The position numbers and the translations under genes were made by a program. From an uncultured Planctomycetia bacterium (lineage in GTDB: Bacteria; Omnitrophota; Gorgyraeia; Tantalellales; Tantalellaceae): a stretch of DNA of 64,000 nucleotides. Within the stretch, counting starts at the first letter, position 1. Each line of letters begins with the position of its first letter. Below are positions 59,729 through 64,000 of the stretch, piece by piece. The notes under the pieces are model-generated. The model was not told where the DNA came from and ran no database searches. It saw only the letters and a list, made by a program, of their open reading frames with translations. Where the stretch lies: positions 203,587 through 267,586 of the forward strand of contig CAZNEE010000001.1 in assembly GCA_964572255.1 (NCBI GenBank). The letters run 5' to 3'.

Positions 59729-60274
59729 TTGAAAAACGTTTGTCTGAGAGAAACTTTTAATTTTGAAGATGTAAGGCTGAAGAACTTTGTTCATTTAACT
59801 GATGAAGCGGAAATTATCAGAAAGTGGCGCAATAATCCGAAAATCAGGAGATGGATGTTCTCGGATCATATTATAACCCCGGAAGAACATCGGAGTTTTT
59901 TAAAAAAACTTAATGAAGACGATAAGAATTTTTATTGGTTAGTTGAGAATAATGAGGGGATATGTTTAGGTGTTGTTTATTTAAATAAGGTTGATTTTAA
60001 AAATAAAAGTGCTTATTTAGGCGTTTATTCTAATCCAGAAAGTGTGATAAAAGGAAAAGGGCAGGTTCTTCTTAACCATTTGCTCAAAGTTGCCTTTGAG
60101 AAAGCCAATTTATACAAGGTAAAACTTGAAGTTTTTGAGGATAACGGTAGAGCTTTATCTTTGTATGAGAGGAATGGTTTTATTGAAGAAGACAGATTAA
60201 AAAAACATGTTTTTAGAGATGGAAGTTGGTTAAATGTAATTGTTCTGGGATTATTAAATAAAAATGGGAGCTAA
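59729..60274 (+). CDS. pseH: PseH-like GNAT N-acyltransferase
   Basis: IRKWRNNPKIRRWM, ITPEEH and LEVFEDNGRALSLYERNGF; located in the pse cluster. Confidence 0.8.
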   Translation: MKNVCLRETFNFEDVRLKNFVHLTDEAEIIRKWRNNPKIRRWMFSDHIITPEEHRSFLKKLNEDDKNFYWLVENNEGICLGVVYLNKVDFKNKSAYLGVYSNPESVIKGKGQVLLNHLLKVAFEKANLYKVKLEVFEDNGRALSLYERNGFIEEDRLKKHVFRDGSWLNVIVLGLLNKNGS

Positions 60275-60276
60275 AA

Positions 60277-61320
60277 ATGGTTAAAAATTTAATGGATAGA
60301 ATAATAGGAAAGAATAGCCGAGTATTTATTGCGGCAGAAATCTCAGCAAATCATGGTCAAGATTTTTCACGTGCTATAGAAATGATAAAAATAGCAAAAG
60401 AATGCGGTGTTGATGCGGTAAAATTTCAGACTTATACCCCTGATACTATAACTATAAATTCGGATAGAAAGATTTTTCAAATAAACCATTCGAAATGGGG
60501 AGGACAGAGTCTATATCAACTTTATGAAAAAGCATATGCACCCTGGGAATGGTTTAAGGAATTAAAAAAAGTTTCAGATGATTTAGGCCTTGTTTTCTTC
60601 TCAACTGCCTTTGATAAAACTGCTGTGGATTTTTTAGAAGATTTGAATGTTCCCATGCATAAGATAGCCTCCTTTGAGTTAGTAGATTTACCCTTAATAG
60701 AGTATGTTGCCAAAACGAAAAAACCACTCATCTTATCAACCGGGATGGCGACTTTACCTGAAATAAAAGAGGCGGTAGAGACGGCCAAGAAAGCTGGAGC
60801 AAAAGATATTATATTGCTCAGATGTGTAAGCAGTTATCCTGCAAATCCGGAAGAGATGAATTTGAAAACAATACCCGATTTGCAAAGAAAATTTAAAGTC
60901 CCTGTTGGCTTGTCTGATCACACCATGGGCACAGGAGTATCGATTGCTGCAGTATCGTTAGGCGCTCAGTTTATAGAAAAACATTATACTCTATCCAGAA
61001 AAATCGATACTCCAGATAATTTCTTTTCGCTTGAACCTCAAGAGCTCAAACAGCTTGTAAATGATGTTCGTATTGTGGAAAGTTCATTAGGTCGGGAATT
61101 CTATGGATTAACTCAAGAACAAAAAAGATCTCGAGTATTTAGACGTTCATTATTTGTAACCAAAGACATCAAAAAAGGCGACTTATTTACTGAAGAAAAT
61201 GTGAAATCTATCAGGCCGGCTTATGGGCTTGATCCAAAATATTTTAAAAGGATTATAGGGAAAAAAGCTAAAAAAGGCATAAGAAGGGGAACACCGTTCA
61301 AGTTAGATTTTGTTGCATAA
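60277..61320 (+). CDS. pseI: Pseudaminic acid synthase PseI
   Basis: AEISANHG, KFQTYTPDT, KIASFE, STGMA, GLSDHT, IEKH and a C-terminal SAF domain. Confidence 0.92.
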   Translation: MVKNLMDRIIGKNSRVFIAAEISANHGQDFSRAIEMIKIAKECGVDAVKFQTYTPDTITINSDRKIFQINHSKWGGQSLYQLYEKAYAPWEWFKELKKVSDDLGLVFFSTAFDKTAVDFLEDLNVPMHKIASFELVDLPLIEYVAKTKKPLILSTGMATLPEIKEAVETAKKAGAKDIILLRCVSSYPANPEEMNLKTIPDLQRKFKVPVGLSDHTMGTGVSIAAVSLGAQFIEKHYTLSRKIDTPDNFFSLEPQELKQLVNDVRIVESSLGREFYGLTQEQKRSRVFRRSLFVTKDIKKGDLFTEENVKSIRPAYGLDPKYFKRIIGKKAKKGIRRGTPFKLDFVA

Positions 61321-61336
61321 TTAAATAAGGCTAAAA

Positions 61337-63247
61337 ATGCAATATTTTAAAAGGGATAATTATTTTTTTGTTGCAGACTTTGATCCAACATTTGATTTAA
61401 GCAATGGGGGAATTATCGCTGTAACGCCTTGGGCTGCATATGACCTCGATAAAGCTGGGTTAGAATATGACCTCATGTATGACTATAGCGACGTGAAGGA
61501 TTGTGTTTCGAATCAGGATGAGTATTTTATAGAGCAACTTAATTGGTTCCATAGGTTTGATGCATTTCTTAAACAAGAAATACCATTCTTTAAACAAGAA
61601 AATTTACCTCTTATAGTACCGCATTTTTCTAATTTCAAATGGTTAATTGATACGATTATAATACGGTCTTTTATGATACGTAGATTTTTCAAAAAAACAA
61701 AACCAAAAAAAATTTGTTATATAGTCGAAGAAGAAGGACTGCTCCAAGATAATTCCATTTATTCTTTTAATAATAGGGCCATGAGCATAATAAAGGATAT
61801 CGTTGTTCAAGCTTGCAATGAAAATGGCGTTGACATAGAGGTCCATCAAAAGTCTCCGTCCAAAGAAGTTAAGAGAAAAGTGTCACGATCTGTTCTTAAA
61901 AGAGTTTTAGATAAGAGAGCTTTTGTTGAAAAGATAAAATCTGCTAAGAATTTAATATATTATGAAAAGTATAAAAAAGTTGTTTGTTCTGAAAAAGCAT
62001 TCCAAGATGTAAGTATACTGTTTTTAGATGCAGGAACCAAATCCATAGACTTGGTCATTAAAAATTTCATAAATAAAGGCGCAAAAGTTTTCGTAAAAAA
62101 CCAGCATGGTATATTTCTAATAAGTAATTTCTATGAAAAAAAAGTATGTGATTATGAAATTTCAATAGATGAAAAGATTGTTTCTGAAATAAAAAATTCT
62201 TGTTTGGAAGCATTAGATAAGTTTTTTAATAACACTTCATTGGTAGAGTGGATAGATAAAAAAGCAAATCTTAAAACTTTAGATATCTTTCGTTCTTACT
62301 TCGAAGATTTTTTCAAAAACACCTGTCCGGAATTTTTTATCGAAGCAAAAAATATGAGAAGTTTTTTTGAAAAAGAAAAGATAGATATAGTCATTGCCAG
62401 GGCAAGTACAGGTGGCAAGAATTACCCCAGCGTACTTTCAGTAGCAAATAATATGCAATCCGTTAGAACAGTATGTTTTCAGCATAGTTGTACAATTTTA
62501 GATTTACCGAATTGGTTTCTCGAAGATTTACATCCATTTGATTATTATTTTACTAATGACAGCCTTTCGGAATCTTATTTCAGACACCATGTTAACTACC
62601 CCTATATTAAAAAATGTGAAGTTTTACAAGCTCCGCATTACTTGAAAGATATAGTTGGAGTTAAAAGAGGGGTAAAGAAGAATACTAAAAATAAAGAGAC
62701 GGTTATTTATTTGACCAAGAAATTTACAGATGGCATGTTACGTTTCAATACTTTCGTATATCCTATTACATGGTATTTTGAATTCCAAAAGAAGATAGTT
62801 GAATTTTTTGAACAGAGACAAGATTTTAATTTTATTTATAAAGATTCTGTTGGCCAGGATTGGGCTGAAAAATCCATACATCTTTTTATTAAAGAGAAAA
62901 ACCTTAACAATGTATTTGTAGCGAAAAAACCTTTTGTGGAATATATCAACGTGGCTGATAGAGTTATAATGGATTATCCATCAACAGCTTTTTTTGAGGC
63001 TTCAGCGGCAAGTTTGCCAGTAATGGCTTTTTATTGGGATGTCTTTAAAGAGTGGGGCCCATCTGTGGAATATTTCGATAAAAGCTTAAACAGATTCAGG
63101 ACAGCAGAGGAAGCCATCGATAAGATAAATACTTTTCTTGACGATTCACCAGAAAATTACATTAAAGCTCTTCCGTATTCCGATGGTGATATGATGAAAC
63201 AGTTATTTGAAATCAAAAAACTTAAAGATATGGAGTTAACAAAATGA
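61337..63247 (+). CDS. Hypothetical glycan-locus protein (possible GT-B-like C-terminus)
   Basis: 636-aa ORF with FQHS and DYPSTAFFEA motifs reminiscent of capsule/nonulosonate transferases. Confidence 0.5.
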   Translation: MQYFKRDNYFFVADFDPTFDLSNGGIIAVTPWAAYDLDKAGLEYDLMYDYSDVKDCVSNQDEYFIEQLNWFHRFDAFLKQEIPFFKQENLPLIVPHFSNFKWLIDTIIIRSFMIRRFFKKTKPKKICYIVEEEGLLQDNSIYSFNNRAMSIIKDIVVQACNENGVDIEVHQKSPSKEVKRKVSRSVLKRVLDKRAFVEKIKSAKNLIYYEKYKKVVCSEKAFQDVSILFLDAGTKSIDLVIKNFINKGAKVFVKNQHGIFLISNFYEKKVCDYEISIDEKIVSEIKNSCLEALDKFFNNTSLVEWIDKKANLKTLDIFRSYFEDFFKNTCPEFFIEAKNMRSFFEKEKIDIVIARASTGGKNYPSVLSVANNMQSVRTVCFQHSCTILDLPNWFLEDLHPFDYYFTNDSLSESYFRHHVNYPYIKKCEVLQAPHYLKDIVGVKRGVKKNTKNKETVIYLTKKFTDGMLRFNTFVYPITWYFEFQKKIVEFFEQRQDFNFIYKDSVGQDWAEKSIHLFIKEKNLNNVFVAKKPFVEYINVADRVIMDYPSTAFFEASAASLPVMAFYWDVFKEWGPSVEYFDKSLNRFRTAEEAIDKINTFLDDSPENYIKALPYSDGDMMKQLFEIKKLKDMELTK

Positions 63248-64000
63248 ATTATCTATGGGTAACTGGAATGTTTCGTTCAGGGACAACTTTATTAGCTAAG
63301 ATGCTAGATGCGCATCCTAAAATAGCGTTTACCTCCGATCCATATAGACCGTATTTTAATGATTTAAGAGATATGGTGGCTAGAAAAAATGGATTATTGA
63401 AAAATAACCTGCCACACATGCCTTTATCAGATTATTTCTGTGACGATGAACAGCTTAAGGTAATGAAGTTTGTTCAGTCTGCGAATTTGGATATGGAAAT
63501 TCCAAAAGGACATCTTGAGGAATTGAAGAATTTAATAGCAAAAAGAGGTATGGAATTCTCACCATTTGTTGCTCAACATGTTGATGAATTAAAAGGAAGG
63601 AATTATTGTGAACTTTTTCATTCAATGATGAAATTAGTAGCAAAATATTATGGAAAGGGAGATGAGGAAATAGTAGGCAGTAAGGAAGTATGGTGTAATG
63701 AATTTACGAGTGTTTTACTGAGAAGTTTCAATGAACTTAAAGTTATCAATATCATCAGAGATCCAAGAGCTGTTTGCGCATCAAGGAATATAATCGGAGA
63801 AAAATATCCGTGGTTATTTCTTGCAAGGCAATGGAGAAAACTTTCAATATTTAGTTGGCTTTTTACAAATTATAGAGAATTTTCCAAATCCCTTCTGGTG
63901 ATTAGATATGAAGACCTTATTCAAAATCCAGAAGAAGTATCAAAGAAAATATGTTCATTTATTGGAGTAGATTTTTCTTATGATATGATCGATGGAAATA
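63244..64000 (+). CDS. Sulfotransferase (3'-truncated by the window edge; not in the ORF track)
   Basis: ATG 63244 overlaps the upstream stop (ATGA); TGMFRSGTTLL 5'-PAPS motif, IIRDPRAVCAS 3'-PAPS motif and IRYEDL. Confidence 0.85.
   Translation, partial: MNYLWVTGMFRSGTTLLAKMLDAHPKIAFTSDPYRPYFNDLRDMVARKNGLLKNNLPHMPLSDYFCDDEQLKVMKFVQSANLDMEIPKGHLEELKNLIAKRGMEFSPFVAQHVDELKGRNYCELFHSMMKLVAKYYGKGDEEIVGSKEVWCNEFTSVLLRSFNELKVINIIRDPRAVCASRNIIGEKYPWLFLARQWRKLSIFSWLFTNYREFSKSLLVIRYEDLIQNPEEVSKKICSFIGVDFSYDMIDGN

Noticed and set aside
822-63643. Numerous minus-strand and nested short ORFs in the ORF track
   Set aside because: They lie antisense to or inside well-supported + strand genes and show no family motifs; treated as shadow ORFs.

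Overview
Bacterial window whose real genes are essentially all on the + strand. LptD indicates a diderm cell; a PVC-type lineage such as Omnitrophota is a guess, not established. In order: the end of a Pel-like exopolysaccharide operon (pelE-like, HEAT protein, pelF, pelG) with a REC-GGDEF cyclase; archaeal-type alanine dehydrogenase, MATE and an FAD oxidoreductase; an accessory stretch; miaB-cysQ-miaA-hflX; CIRCE/hrcA-grpE-dnaK-dnaJ; housekeeping genes, two tandem diguanylate cyclases and lptD; a long surface-glycan cluster (rml, wbpA/wbpP-like, carbamoyltransferase, uxs, gmd, two GT2 and four GT-C glycosyltransferases); and an AT-rich pseudaminic-acid (pse) block running off the window. Main finding: 10268-15437 is a tandem array of four small gene cassettes stacked on the 5' end of miaB. 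Each junction is an orphaned copy of the first 11 codons of miaB (M-x-x-K/R-V/I-F/Y-I/L-R/K-T-F-G) fused to a conserved non-coding arm. In three of four junctions the arm is about 120 bp and carries CCGTACGTA exactly 109 bp after the Cys-codon position. This suggests repeated site-specific integration with replacement of the miaB start, an integron-like cassette system. No recombinase is present in the window. All family calls come from motif recognition by eye; no database searches were run.
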